Positions 39,203 to 47,834 of a stretch of 64,000 nt of DNA are shown in pieces. The notes beneath the pieces were generated by a model. That model ran no database searches and was not told the origin of the DNA. It saw only the letters and a list, made by a program, of their open reading frames with translations. The DNA comes from Acidimicrobiia bacterium (GTDB lineage: Bacteria; Actinomycetota; Acidimicrobiia; Spongiisociales; ZC4RG35). The translations under genes were made by a program, and so were the position numbers. The stretch's first letter is position 1. Each line of letters begins with the position of its first letter. Location: assembly GCA_044867525.1 (NCBI GenBank), contig JBIOVB010000009.1:599-64598 (forward strand), read 5' to 3'.

Positions 39203-40260
39203 GCCGAACCTCCGTCGGCCCAGACATCGGTGAGGAGCACGTCCTCGCCGGGGCGTTCTCCCTCCTTGGCGAAAGTGGTGGCCTCCTCGACCCGATCCGC
39301 GACCTGGTGCACGATCTCGGAGAGCCGCGACTCGGGCACCCCGAGCCGGAGCAGACGCTGGTGGTAGATCGGGATCGGATCGTGCTCGTTCCAGGCCTCG
39401 ACCTCCGCCGCCGGCCGGTATTTTCCGGGATCGGCGCGGCTGTGGCCACCGTGGCGGTAGGTCACCGCTTCGATCAGACTCGGACCCTCTCCGGCACGGG
39501 CCTTGGATACGGCGACCCTCGCCGTCTCGTGCACTTCATCGACGTCATTGCCGTCGATCACGATCGGCTCCAGGTCGTAAGAGCCGGCCCGCCCCGCCGC
39601 CGGGTGGCGGGTCGCGGTGACGACATCGATCGGGGTGTATTCCATGTAGAGGTTGTTCTCGCACACGAAGACCACAGGGAGCTTCCACACCGATGCCAGG
39701 TTGAGCGCCTCGTGGAATGCCCCGATATTGGTGGTCCCGTCTCCGAAGAAGGCCACTGCCACCTGGTCGGTGCCCCGCATCTGGGCCGACCACGCCGCGC
39801 CATTGGCCACACACAGGTGGGCGCCGATGATGGCGTAGCTGCCCATCATCCCGTGCTCCACCGAGGTCAGGTGCATCGAGCCTCCCTTGCCCCCGAGGAT
39901 CCCGTTCTCCCGCCCCAGGAGCTCGGCAAGGACCGGGCCCAGAGCCGCCCCCCGCGCGATGGTGTGGGCATGGCCCCGGTAGGTGGCGAAGGTGTAATCG
40001 TCGGAACGCATTGCCTTGGCCACGCCGGTGGCGACCGCCTCCATACCCAGAGAGAGGTGGCTGGTCCCCTTGACCAGGTTCTCCATGAACATGTCGTATG
40101 CCCGCTTCTCGAACTGCCGGAGGAGGTGGAGCATCTCGAACATCGCGACCCGGGTCTCGAGGTCGATGGCGATCCGGTCATTGGCCGGGTCGACGTCGGG
40201 AGGGAGGCGGGGAGGCCGCTGCGCGTAGTCGAGGAGCCCGGGGTCGAGGTCAGTACTCAT
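39190..40260 (-). CDS. 2-oxoacid dehydrogenase E1 component, alpha subunit (TPP-binding)
   Basis: The TPP motif 'FFGDGTTNIGAFHEALNLASVWKLPVVFVCENN' is present. It overlaps the beta subunit by 13 nt and the upstream M24 gene by 11 nt. Confidence 0.9.
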   Translation of the reverse strand: MSTDLDPGLLDYAQRPPRLPPDVDPANDRIAIDLETRVAMFEMLHLLRQFEKRAYDMFMENLVKGTSHLSLGMEAVATGVAKAMRSDDYTFATYRGHAHTIARGAALGPVLAELLGRENGILGGKGGSMHLTSVEHGMMGSYAIIGAHLCVANGAAWSAQMRGTDQVAVAFFGDGTTNIGAFHEALNLASVWKLPVVFVCENNLYMEYTPIDVVTATRHPAAGRAGSYDLEPIVIDGNDVDEVHETARVAVSKARAGEGPSLIEAVTYRHGGHSRADPGKYRPAAEVEAWNEHDPIPIYHQRLLRLGVPESRLSEIVHQVADRVEEATTFAKEGERPGEDVLLTDVWADGGSAWRN

Positions 40261-41527
40261 TGGCCACCATCAACTCCTCGCAAGGAAACAGGGTTGTGAT
40301 CTGCGGCCCCTCGGCGGTGACCACCATCATCTCCTCGATGCGGGCCGCGGAGCGGCCGTCGGCGGCCGGGGCGTAGGTCTCGAGGGCGAAATACATCCCT
40401 TCCTTGATCTCTATGGGGTCGTCCAGTGAGTTCAGCCGGCTGATGATCGGCCGCTCGTGGAGGCCGACACCCACCCCGTGCCCGAATTGGAGCCCGAAGG
40501 CGTCCATTTCGTCCATGAACCCGAAGTCCTCGGCGCGGGGCCACACCTTGGCGATCATGTCCGTGGTATTGCCCGGACGTACCAGCTCGATGCCGGCATC
40601 CATCCACTCCCGGGCCTGTTTGAAGGCGTCGCGTTGCGCGGTGGTAGCCCGTCCCACCACGAATGTCCGGTAGTAGCAGGTCCGGTATCCGTTGTAGGCG
40701 TGGATGATGTCGAAGTACGCCTGGTCGCCGGGCCTGATGAGCCGGTCGCTGAAGACGTGGGGATGAGGACTGCACCTTTCCCCGGCGATCGAGTTGATCG
40801 CCTCCACGAACTCGGAGCCCATCTCGAAGAGTCGGGCGTGGGCCAAGGCGACCACGTCGGACTCCCTGATCCCCGGCTTCAACATCTCGAATATGTCTTG
40901 ATAGACGCCATCGACCATGGCGCTGGCCTGGGTGAGGAGCACGATCTCGTCGGCGCTCTTCATTTCCCTGGCCTGCATCATCGCCTGCTGGCCGTCGGTG
41001 ACATTGAGGCCTTCCTTCTGGAGTGCGAGGAACACTGCGGTTTCGGCCATGTCCACGCCGAGGGGATCGCCATCGATGCCCTCGTCGCGCAGGGCAGCGG
41101 CGATCTCACCGGCGGCCCGGGCGTGGAGGCCCGATCTCGGCCCAATCGCCCCCTGTAGCCCGGTGTTGCCCCCGATCGAGTTCTCGGTGTCGTAGAGGTC
41201 AGGCAACTGGAGGCGATGAGCCTTGGCCGCCGACCCGAAATCCCAGATCCGGGGCCGGCCCTTGCGAGTGATCAGCGCCCAACGCTCCCCCTTGTTGAAC
41301 GCCCAATAGCCGATCTGGGTTGCGGTGGCGTAGCGGATGTTGGAGGTCTCGAAGAGGAGCAGGGCACCCAGGCCTTGTTCCTCCAGCTGCTGCTTGACCC
41401 GGTCGAGGCGATAGGTGCGCAACCGGCCGAAGTCGACCCGGTGCTCCCAATCGACTGCCATGACCCCGGGGGCCGGGGTGGTCGCTACCGGAAAGTCAGT
41501 CATCGGGGTCTCCTTGTGGTCGTCCAT
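40250..41527 (-). CDS. M24-family metallohydrolase (creatinase / prolidase / DoeA / DddP-like)
   Basis: A creatinase-type N-domain is followed by a pita-bread domain with the metal-ligand context 'FDIIHAYNGY', 'GHGVGVGLHERP' and 'ALETY'. The start is ATG 41527, or TTG 41533 overlapping the upstream stop. Confidence 0.85.
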   Translation of the reverse strand: MDDHKETPMTDFPVATTPAPGVMAVDWEHRVDFGRLRTYRLDRVKQQLEEQGLGALLLFETSNIRYATATQIGYWAFNKGERWALITRKGRPRIWDFGSAAKAHRLQLPDLYDTENSIGGNTGLQGAIGPRSGLHARAAGEIAAALRDEGIDGDPLGVDMAETAVFLALQKEGLNVTDGQQAMMQAREMKSADEIVLLTQASAMVDGVYQDIFEMLKPGIRESDVVALAHARLFEMGSEFVEAINSIAGERCSPHPHVFSDRLIRPGDQAYFDIIHAYNGYRTCYYRTFVVGRATTAQRDAFKQAREWMDAGIELVRPGNTTDMIAKVWPRAEDFGFMDEMDAFGLQFGHGVGVGLHERPIISRLNSLDDPIEIKEGMYFALETYAPAADGRSAARIEEMMVVTAEGPQITTLFPCEELMVANEY

Positions 41528-41529
41528 GG

Positions 41530-42420
41530 TCAAGTCGGGCTCTCTTCCCGGAGAAAGGCGGCGATGGCGCTCAGGTCACGGTCACCCATCCCCGCGGCGA
41601 TGGCGCGCTCCACGATGGCGAGGTCGACCGCCGCTTGGTCCATTCGGGCCCCGACCTTCCTCCCCAGCTCGGTTATCAACTCCAGGTCCTTCGCTACCAG
41701 GTCGAGGCTGAATGCGACCGGTGCGTCCTCGGGGTTTTCGTATGCCGCCCGTTTGTACTGGACGAACGGGGCGCCTCCTGCGCCGTTGGCGAAGACGTCG
41801 TAGGCGATGCCCCGCTCCACACCCGCCTTCTCGGCGAGCACCAGCGCCTCCGAGAGCGCAACGTTCAGCCCGTGCACCAAGGCGTTCACCGCAAGCTTGG
41901 TGGCCGCTCCCGAGCCTCGCGGGCCGGTCTCGACCACCCGAGCGGCCAATGCGTCGAGCACGGGCCGCGCCGGACCCAGGGAAGCGGCATCTCCGCCCAC
42001 CATGATCGTGAGCGCCCCCTGCTCGACCGTGGAAACGCTGCCCGACACCGGGGCATCGAACAGAGACGCTCCGGTGGCATCGATGGGAGCACCGATCTCA
42101 TAGACGACTTCCGGGGAGATCGTGCTCATCTCGAGTGCGACCATTCCGGCGCCCAGGCCGCCGACCGCGCCGTCGTCGCCCAGATAGACGTTGCGCACCG
42201 CCTCGTCGTCGGCGAGGCTGCTGATGACGACGCCAGCTTTCTGTACGGCCTCCGCCGGTGTCGCCGCGATGTCAGCACCCAATTGGTCGGCAAGCCGTCG
42301 TGCCTTTTCCCGGTCGCGGCTCCAAAGGACCAACTCGAAGCTGGCGCGGCTCAAGGTGGCGGCCATGGCTCCACCCATCCGACCGCACCCCAGCACGGCG
42401 ACCTTGGGGGCGCTCTCCAT
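41530..42420 (-). CDS. NAD(P)-dependent beta-hydroxyacid dehydrogenase (HIBADH / GarR family)
   Basis: 'VAVLGCGRMGGAMAATL' gives the Rossmann fold, and 'DAPVSGS' is the family motif. ATG at 42420. Confidence 0.85.
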   Translation of the reverse strand: MESAPKVAVLGCGRMGGAMAATLSRASFELVLWSRDREKARRLADQLGADIAATPAEAVQKAGVVISSLADDEAVRNVYLGDDGAVGGLGAGMVALEMSTISPEVVYEIGAPIDATGASLFDAPVSGSVSTVEQGALTIMVGGDAASLGPARPVLDALAARVVETGPRGSGAATKLAVNALVHGLNVALSEALVLAEKAGVERGIAYDVFANGAGGAPFVQYKRAAYENPEDAPVAFSLDLVAKDLELITELGRKVGARMDQAAVDLAIVERAIAAGMGDRDLSAIAAFLREESPT

Positions 42421-42423
42421 CAA

Positions 42424-42442
42424 TGAACAGTCACACTACACA
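42424..42442. promoter_or_regulatory. Shared 19-mer TGAACAGTCACACTACACA (site A)
   Basis: It is 17/19 identical to the site at 51660-51678, including an exact 14-mer AGTCACACTACACA. It lies 4 nt upstream of the HIBADH-like start on the coding strand. Confidence 0.4.
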
Positions 42443-42455
42443 CTGCAGCCATCCC

Positions 42456-43658
42456 TCATCCAGGGAGGAGCTGCCCCGCCAGGCCTGCGATGTGAGCGCC
42501 GATGGCGAGGCTTGCCGTGGCTCCTGGCGAGGGCGCATTGAGCACATTGATCGTCCGAGCGGTCTCCTCGATGACGAAGTCGTCGACCAGGCGGCCGTCG
42601 GGGCCGATCGCCTGCGCCCTGACTCCGGCACCACCTGCTTGGAGGTGCTCGGGCCGGACCGCAGGCACCAGACGCCGAGCCGACCGCGCGTAAAGGGCGC
42701 GGGAACGTGACCTAACCACCTCACCGGCGCCGGTCCACCAGTTTCGCCCGGCGAGTTTCCAAAAGCCTCCCGTGGTCAGTGTCTCCCTTATGTCCGGCCA
42801 CGATGGCGGAGCACCCCGGTAGTGCTCTCTCCCCAAGGCGAGCACCGCGTTGGGCCCGACCTCGACGGTGCCGTCGATGCGTCTGCTGAAGTGGGCCCCG
42901 AGAAAGGGAAACTTGGGGTCGGGAACCGGATAGATGAGGGATCTGACAAGGTCGGCGTGACCCTGATCGAGGGTGTAGTACTCGCCGCGGAAAGGCACGA
43001 TCCGAATCTTGCTCGACACTCCGGCCAATGCCGCGACCCGGTCGGAGTGGAGCCCGGCACAATTGACCAGGAGCCGGGCCCGATGCTGCTCCCCTCCCGC
43101 CACCAGGCCCACCCCGTCGACTCCCTCCGTGATCGACTTCACCTCTTTCCCGAGGCCTATCACCGCCCCCTTGTCCTCGAGCCTCCGCCTCAACGCCCCG
43201 GCTACTCCCGAAAAGTCGGCTACGCCGGCACTTGGCACGTGAAGGGCAGCGACACCCACCGCCGCCGGTTCATGCTCGGCGATGCCCCCCGACCCAATAC
43301 GTTCCAGTCCGGGGAGTCCGTTGGCGGTGCCCCGCCGCTCCAGTTCGCCCAGCTTCTCCAATTCGCGCTCAGAGGACGCGATCACCAGCTTTCCGGTGCG
43401 ACGGAAAGGGACCGACTCCTGGTCACAGAGCTCTTCGAGCATGCGGCCACCCTCGACACAGAGTCGGGCCTTGAGAGACCCTGGCCGGTAATAGAGGCCA
43501 GAATGGACCACCCCGCTGTTGTGACTGCTCTGGTGGGTAGCGACGTCGGATTCCTTGTCCAGGATCGTGATCGAGATCCCAGGGAACCGATCGACAAGTG
43601 CGTGCCCGACACCAAGGCCGATCAGCCCGGCGCCGACAATGCAGACGTCCGAGCTCAC
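42456..43658 (-). CDS. lhgO: L-2-hydroxyglutarate oxidase/dehydrogenase (LhgO/YgaF family FAD enzyme)
   Basis: 'DVCIVGAGLIGLGVGHAL...ILDKE...HQSSHNSGVVHSGLYYRPGSLKA' matches the LhgO signature region. GTG start. Confidence 0.85.
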   Translation of the reverse strand: MSSDVCIVGAGLIGLGVGHALVDRFPGISITILDKESDVATHQSSHNSGVVHSGLYYRPGSLKARLCVEGGRMLEELCDQESVPFRRTGKLVIASSERELEKLGELERRGTANGLPGLERIGSGGIAEHEPAAVGVAALHVPSAGVADFSGVAGALRRRLEDKGAVIGLGKEVKSITEGVDGVGLVAGGEQHRARLLVNCAGLHSDRVAALAGVSSKIRIVPFRGEYYTLDQGHADLVRSLIYPVPDPKFPFLGAHFSRRIDGTVEVGPNAVLALGREHYRGAPPSWPDIRETLTTGGFWKLAGRNWWTGAGEVVRSRSRALYARSARRLVPAVRPEHLQAGGAGVRAQAIGPDGRLVDDFVIEETARTINVLNAPSPGATASLAIGAHIAGLAGQLLPG

Positions 43659-43674
43659 CTAACCGCCCCCGTCG

Positions 43675-43722
43675 TTCTCTCGCGCCGTTCTCGACCTCTG
43701 GGTCGAGAACAGCGCGCGAGAA
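43675..43722. repeat. GC-rich palindromic repeat element, copy 3 (inverted orientation)
   Basis: The sequence is 'TTCTCTCGCGCCGTTCTCGACC-tctg-GGTCGAGAACAGCGCGCGAGAA'. Its reverse complement aligns to copy 1 at about 51/59 positions, including the CGxxGGGGG flank. Confidence 0.8.
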
Positions 43723-43754
43723 CCAGCAGACCTGTGCGCGCGAGAACCAGCAGA
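43712..43754. repeat. Tandem direct repeat (2 x GCGCGCGAGAACCAGCAGA, period 24 bp)
   Basis: The exact 19-mers at 43712-43730 and 43736-43754 duplicate the right end of palindromic copy 3. Confidence 0.85.
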
Positions 43755-43765
43755 GCTGAGGGGAT

Positions 43766-46228
43766 TCAAATCTTTGGCAGTTTGAAGCCGGACTTCTCGA
43801 CCACGAAGTCCCGTGAATCGGTCGCCATCCTCCGCACTGCCGGCCAATCGACATGGAGCAGCTCGCCATGCTCCTTCATCACGTGCCCGGCGATGAGCAC
43901 GGTGTCGACATTCGAGGTGTCCATGCCTGCGACGACCGCAGTGGCCGGGTCGTTGAGGGGGGTTACGTTCGCCCGGTCGGTGCGCAGCATGATGAGGTCG
44001 GCCTGCTTTCCCGGTGTCAGCGTCCCCACCTTCGACTCCAGGCCATTGGCTCGAGCTCCCTCGACCGTGGCGTACTCCAACACCTGGCGTGGCGACACCG
44101 GGGTCTTGCCCTGAGAATTGGCAACAGCTCGTTGCAGTGCGAGCACGGAACGCATCTGGTTGAACATGTCGGCCGGGACGTTGGTCTCGACGTCGATGCT
44201 CAGGCTGGGGCGAAGACCCCGGTCGAGGAACTTCTGGATCGGGGGCATCCCGTGGCCCATCATCATCTCCACCGGGGAGGCGAGAGACACTGTGCCCCCG
44301 CTGTCCACGATCATTTGGATCTCGATGTCGTTGAGGGTCGTGCAGTGGATGTAGGTGGTGTCGGGGCCGAGCAGGCCGGCCTCCCCGAATCGCTGCACCT
44401 TGGCGTCCTGGCCATAGGAACCGACACCAACATGGGTCGTGATCCGGGCCCCGGTCTCCCGGGCCAACTTCCAGTGGTCGCGGGACACCTCGAAGTCGGT
44501 GAACTCGGGGCCGGGTGCAGCCAGGGCGAGGGTGAGCCTCTGGTCCTTGGTCGAGAAGTGCTCGGTGGCGGCACGGACGAACCAACTGGGCTGACGCTCC
44601 TCCCACTTCCCCCACCAGGGGAAACCGTAGGCAAATACCGCCCGAAGGCCCGAGTCCTCGAGGGCTTGGATGACGGCGTCGGTGTGGGCCGGCGATCCCT
44701 GAATGTGCGACCAGTCGAGGAGAGTGGTGATCCCGGCATCGATGGCCCCCAGCGCGGAGACCAGGTTCCCGGCGTAGGCGTCTTCCGGCCGGAAAGCCGG
44801 AGCCAGCTTGTGGAGAACGAACGAGATGTAGCTGGTCCGTCCCTCCAGGGGGACATCAGTCCCGATGTTGCGGAGCAGGCCCTCCCATATGTGACGATGG
44901 GTGTCGACGAACCCGGGCATGACGATCATCCCCGAGGCGTCGATCACCTCGACCTCCCCGTTGGCCAGGCTCGGCCCAATGGCAAGGATCTTGTCCCCTT
45001 CGATCATCACGTCGGCGACGTCGAAGTCCCCGAGACCCGGGTCGAGGGTCAACACCATGCCCCCCTTGATCAGCTTCTTCCCGTTGGGCACAACCGAGAA
45101 GTTGGTGCCAGTCGGGTAGAACGCGGGAACCACCGCTTTCTCCTGGACCCGGTTGCCGATCCACAGGCGCCTGGCCCGCTTGTAGTTCCGTTTGACCAAC
45201 TCCTTGAGATCCCCCGCTTGGAAGAGAAGAAGGCCGAGGAGGATCAGAAGACCGATGATCATGGTGCCGTCACTCGGTGACAGGCCGAGGTAGGGCAATA
45301 CGGTGAGGATCACCGCGAGCAGAAGCGCCGCCACAGTGCCGCCGATGAATGTCGCCCGGCCTCCGGCCAAGGATGCTCCTCCGAGGACTGCTGCGGTGAT
45401 GCTGTTGAGGGCAAACGTCGAGCCCACCTGGGCGTTGCCGATCGGCGACCTCGCCATGACGAAGAAGGAGGCGACAGCCGCGAACAGGGATGCCAGGAGC
45501 AGGGCGCGGACCCGAACCCAGTTGGTACGCACGCCTCCTCGCTTGGCGGACCTCTCGTCGAATCCGACCGCGCGCAGTTGCAGGCCCGACCCGGAAGCGT
45601 GGAGCCAATAGTCGAGGGCGGCGGCCGCGACCACGATGACGATGAACGCCACGGGAACGGGCCCGATGCTTGTGGTGAGCACCGACACCAGCCCGCCGTT
45701 GATGACCCCCTGCGCAGTGGGCCTGAGTGTGAGAGCGATCCCGTCGAGGATGCTCAGTGTGGCCAGCGTGGCGATGATCGAGGGGATCTTGACCCCACGA
45801 ATCAGACCCGCGTTGACCAGTCCGATGATCAGGCCGCAGAGCAGGATCAGGGCCACGCCGGTCACGATCTGGAAGGTGGTCGCCTCGACGCCGATCAGGA
45901 AAGAAGCAAGAACCACCCCGAGACTGATGGTTGACCCAACCGAAAGGTCGATATAGCCGACAAGGAGGGCGTGGGTCTGGGCGAAGGTGGCGACTATCAG
46001 CGGCAGCGCCAGAATGAGGATTTGGTTGACATTGGTGGCGTTGATGAAACCGGGAAAGCGGTTGGTGGTGAACCAGAGCAGCCCGGCGAGGAGGAGGATC
46101 TGCAAGGCAACCGGCATCCACAGTCGGAACTTGACGATCTTTCGCCACCTGTTCTTGTCGCGGGCATCCCGAATGACCTTGCGAACGACCTGTCTCGCCG
46201 AGTCGGCCCGGTTGGTGGTGATAGTCAC
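43766..46228 (-). CDS. Fusion protein: CUT2-type (RbsC/AraH-like) ABC permease N-terminal domain plus ATZ/TRZ-type amidohydrolase C-terminal domain
   Basis: This is a single 820-aa ORF. Residues 1 to about 338 (nt 45215-46228) are polytopic and resemble the permease at 49295..50344. A basic 'KRNYKRARR' stretch and a linker of about 45 aa follow. Residues from about 384 to 820 (nt 43766-45079) align from the very N-terminus of the amidohydrolase at 50341..51585 ('MPGFVDTHRHIW'). The GTG start overlaps the ATPase stop (GTGA). Confidence 0.8.
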   Translation of the reverse strand: MTITTNRADSARQVVRKVIRDARDKNRWRKIVKFRLWMPVALQILLLAGLLWFTTNRFPGFINATNVNQILILALPLIVATFAQTHALLVGYIDLSVGSTISLGVVLASFLIGVEATTFQIVTGVALILLCGLIIGLVNAGLIRGVKIPSIIATLATLSILDGIALTLRPTAQGVINGGLVSVLTTSIGPVPVAFIVIVVAAAALDYWLHASGSGLQLRAVGFDERSAKRGGVRTNWVRVRALLLASLFAAVASFFVMARSPIGNAQVGSTFALNSITAAVLGGASLAGGRATFIGGTVAALLLAVILTVLPYLGLSPSDGTMIIGLLILLGLLLFQAGDLKELVKRNYKRARRLWIGNRVQEKAVVPAFYPTGTNFSVVPNGKKLIKGGMVLTLDPGLGDFDVADVMIEGDKILAIGPSLANGEVEVIDASGMIVMPGFVDTHRHIWEGLLRNIGTDVPLEGRTSYISFVLHKLAPAFRPEDAYAGNLVSALGAIDAGITTLLDWSHIQGSPAHTDAVIQALEDSGLRAVFAYGFPWWGKWEERQPSWFVRAATEHFSTKDQRLTLALAAPGPEFTDFEVSRDHWKLARETGARITTHVGVGSYGQDAKVQRFGEAGLLGPDTTYIHCTTLNDIEIQMIVDSGGTVSLASPVEMMMGHGMPPIQKFLDRGLRPSLSIDVETNVPADMFNQMRSVLALQRAVANSQGKTPVSPRQVLEYATVEGARANGLESKVGTLTPGKQADLIMLRTDRANVTPLNDPATAVVAGMDTSNVDTVLIAGHVMKEHGELLHVDWPAVRRMATDSRDFVVEKSGFKLPKI

Positions 46229-47820
46229 GAGAGACTCGCCTTCGTCGGGCTGCGGGGCATGGCCACTCCGAGTGGGGAGCGCCCGGCCTTGGACAGGCCA
46301 GGGCCGCGGACGATTGCCTCGGTGATGCGACGCTCGTCCAACTCGTCGCCGGGGATCTCCTCGACGATGGTTCCTCTGGACATGACCAAAACCCGGTCGC
46401 AGAGCCCTGAGAGCTCGATGGGATCGCTCGACTTCACGAGGAGGGCAGCTCCGGCGTCGGTGCGCGCCCGGAGCGCCTTGTATATGTCGAATCTGGACCC
46501 CACGTCCACGCCTTGGGTGGGCTCATAGGCCATGATCACCGCCGGGTCCTTCAGGAAGGAACGGGAGACCGAGACCTTCTGTTGGTTGCCCCCGGATAGG
46601 AACTCAACCGGCTGCTCGAGAGATGGAGTCCTTATCTCGAGCTCGCCTACGAGACCGTCGACGGCATTCCGCTCGGACCCTCGCCTGAGGAACCCGAGAA
46701 CGCTGAACTTGCTCAGAGACTGAATCGTGGCGTTGACCCGAACCCCGAGCACAGTGGCCAGGGCTTCCCTCTTGCGGTCGCCGGGAAGAAGCATGACGCC
46801 CGCGTTGACCGCTTCACGAGTGGAGATGAGATTGAGGTCCTTGCCGTTGCAGACCACGCGCCCCGCCCTCGGCGGGACCCTCCCCGCCAAGCAGTCGAAG
46901 AGCTGGGCCTGCCCATTCCCCTCGGCTCCGGCGATGCCGACGACCTCTCCTCCTTCCAGAGTGAACGTCACCGGTCCGAACGACTGCCCCTGCAGGCCAT
47001 CGACCAACAGGACCTCGCGCCTCTCGGCATTCGACGGGGCCGCTGCGGGAAATGCCGCCTCGAATGGCCTTCCCACGATCAGCTCCACGAGCTCGGATTC
47101 GGTTGTCGCCCGGGCGTTGAACGTGCCCCGGTTGCGGCCGTCTCTGAGCACGGTGATCCGGTCGGCAATCTCCAACACCTCGGGGAGCCGATGACTGACA
47201 TAGACGACTCCGACACCGCGCTTCCGGCATGCCACCACGGTGCGATGAAGTGCCTCGACCTCGTCCGGCCCCAGGGCTGTGGTTGGCTCGTCGAGGAGCA
47301 ACACCTTGGGGTTGGTGACCAACGCCTTGGCGACCTCGAAGAGCTGTCTCTCGGCAAGGGTGAGGAACGCGGCAGGGGCGTCGGGAAAGAGCTCGAGGTC
47401 GAGGTCGAACTCCGAGAGCAGCTTGCGCGCCCATTTCTTCCGACGCCAGAACGGTGGCCGTTGGTCCGGCGGCGCTGCCAGGAACAGATTGTTCTTGACC
47501 GGTTCCGCCTGGACAATCGAGGTGTCCTGATAAGCCATGGCCAGGCCAAGCTTCCGGGCAAGTGCTGGGGAATCGGTGCGCAGGGGCTTTCCCCCGATGC
47601 GCACCGCTCCCCTATCGGGCTCTATGAACCCACTGGCAATCCCGAGGAGAGTCGACTTGCCCGAGCCGTTCTCCCCGACCAAGGCGTGGACCTCACCGGC
47701 ATGGCAGTCGAAGCTGACATCGGTCAGCGCTCGAACCGCCCCGAACTGCCGGGAGACACCTTTCAGCTCGAGGACCAGGTCCCCGTCCGCCGATTCTCCT
47801 CTGGGAATGCCGTCGCTCAT
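46225..47820 (-). CDS. Sugar-type (CUT2) ABC transporter ATP-binding protein with duplicated NBDs
   Basis: 531 aa. NBD1 carries 'GENGSGKST' and 'LLLDEPT'. A degenerate second NBD carries 'LSGGNQQK' and a second Walker B. Confidence 0.9.
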   Translation of the reverse strand: MSDGIPRGESADGDLVLELKGVSRQFGAVRALTDVSFDCHAGEVHALVGENGSGKSTLLGIASGFIEPDRGAVRIGGKPLRTDSPALARKLGLAMAYQDTSIVQAEPVKNNLFLAAPPDQRPPFWRRKKWARKLLSEFDLDLELFPDAPAAFLTLAERQLFEVAKALVTNPKVLLLDEPTTALGPDEVEALHRTVVACRKRGVGVVYVSHRLPEVLEIADRITVLRDGRNRGTFNARATTESELVELIVGRPFEAAFPAAAPSNAERREVLLVDGLQGQSFGPVTFTLEGGEVVGIAGAEGNGQAQLFDCLAGRVPPRAGRVVCNGKDLNLISTREAVNAGVMLLPGDRKREALATVLGVRVNATIQSLSKFSVLGFLRRGSERNAVDGLVGELEIRTPSLEQPVEFLSGGNQQKVSVSRSFLKDPAVIMAYEPTQGVDVGSRFDIYKALRARTDAGAALLVKSSDPIELSGLCDRVLVMSRGTIVEEIPGDELDERRITEAIVRGPGLSKAGRSPLGVAMPRSPTKASLS

Positions 47821-47834
47821 TCAGCCGGTATTGC

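Noticed and set aside
43712-43754. A direct repeat that could have been a miniature CRISPR or VNTR.
   Set aside because: There are only two units with a 5-nt spacer and no cas genes. It is better explained as a duplication of the end of palindromic element copy 3.
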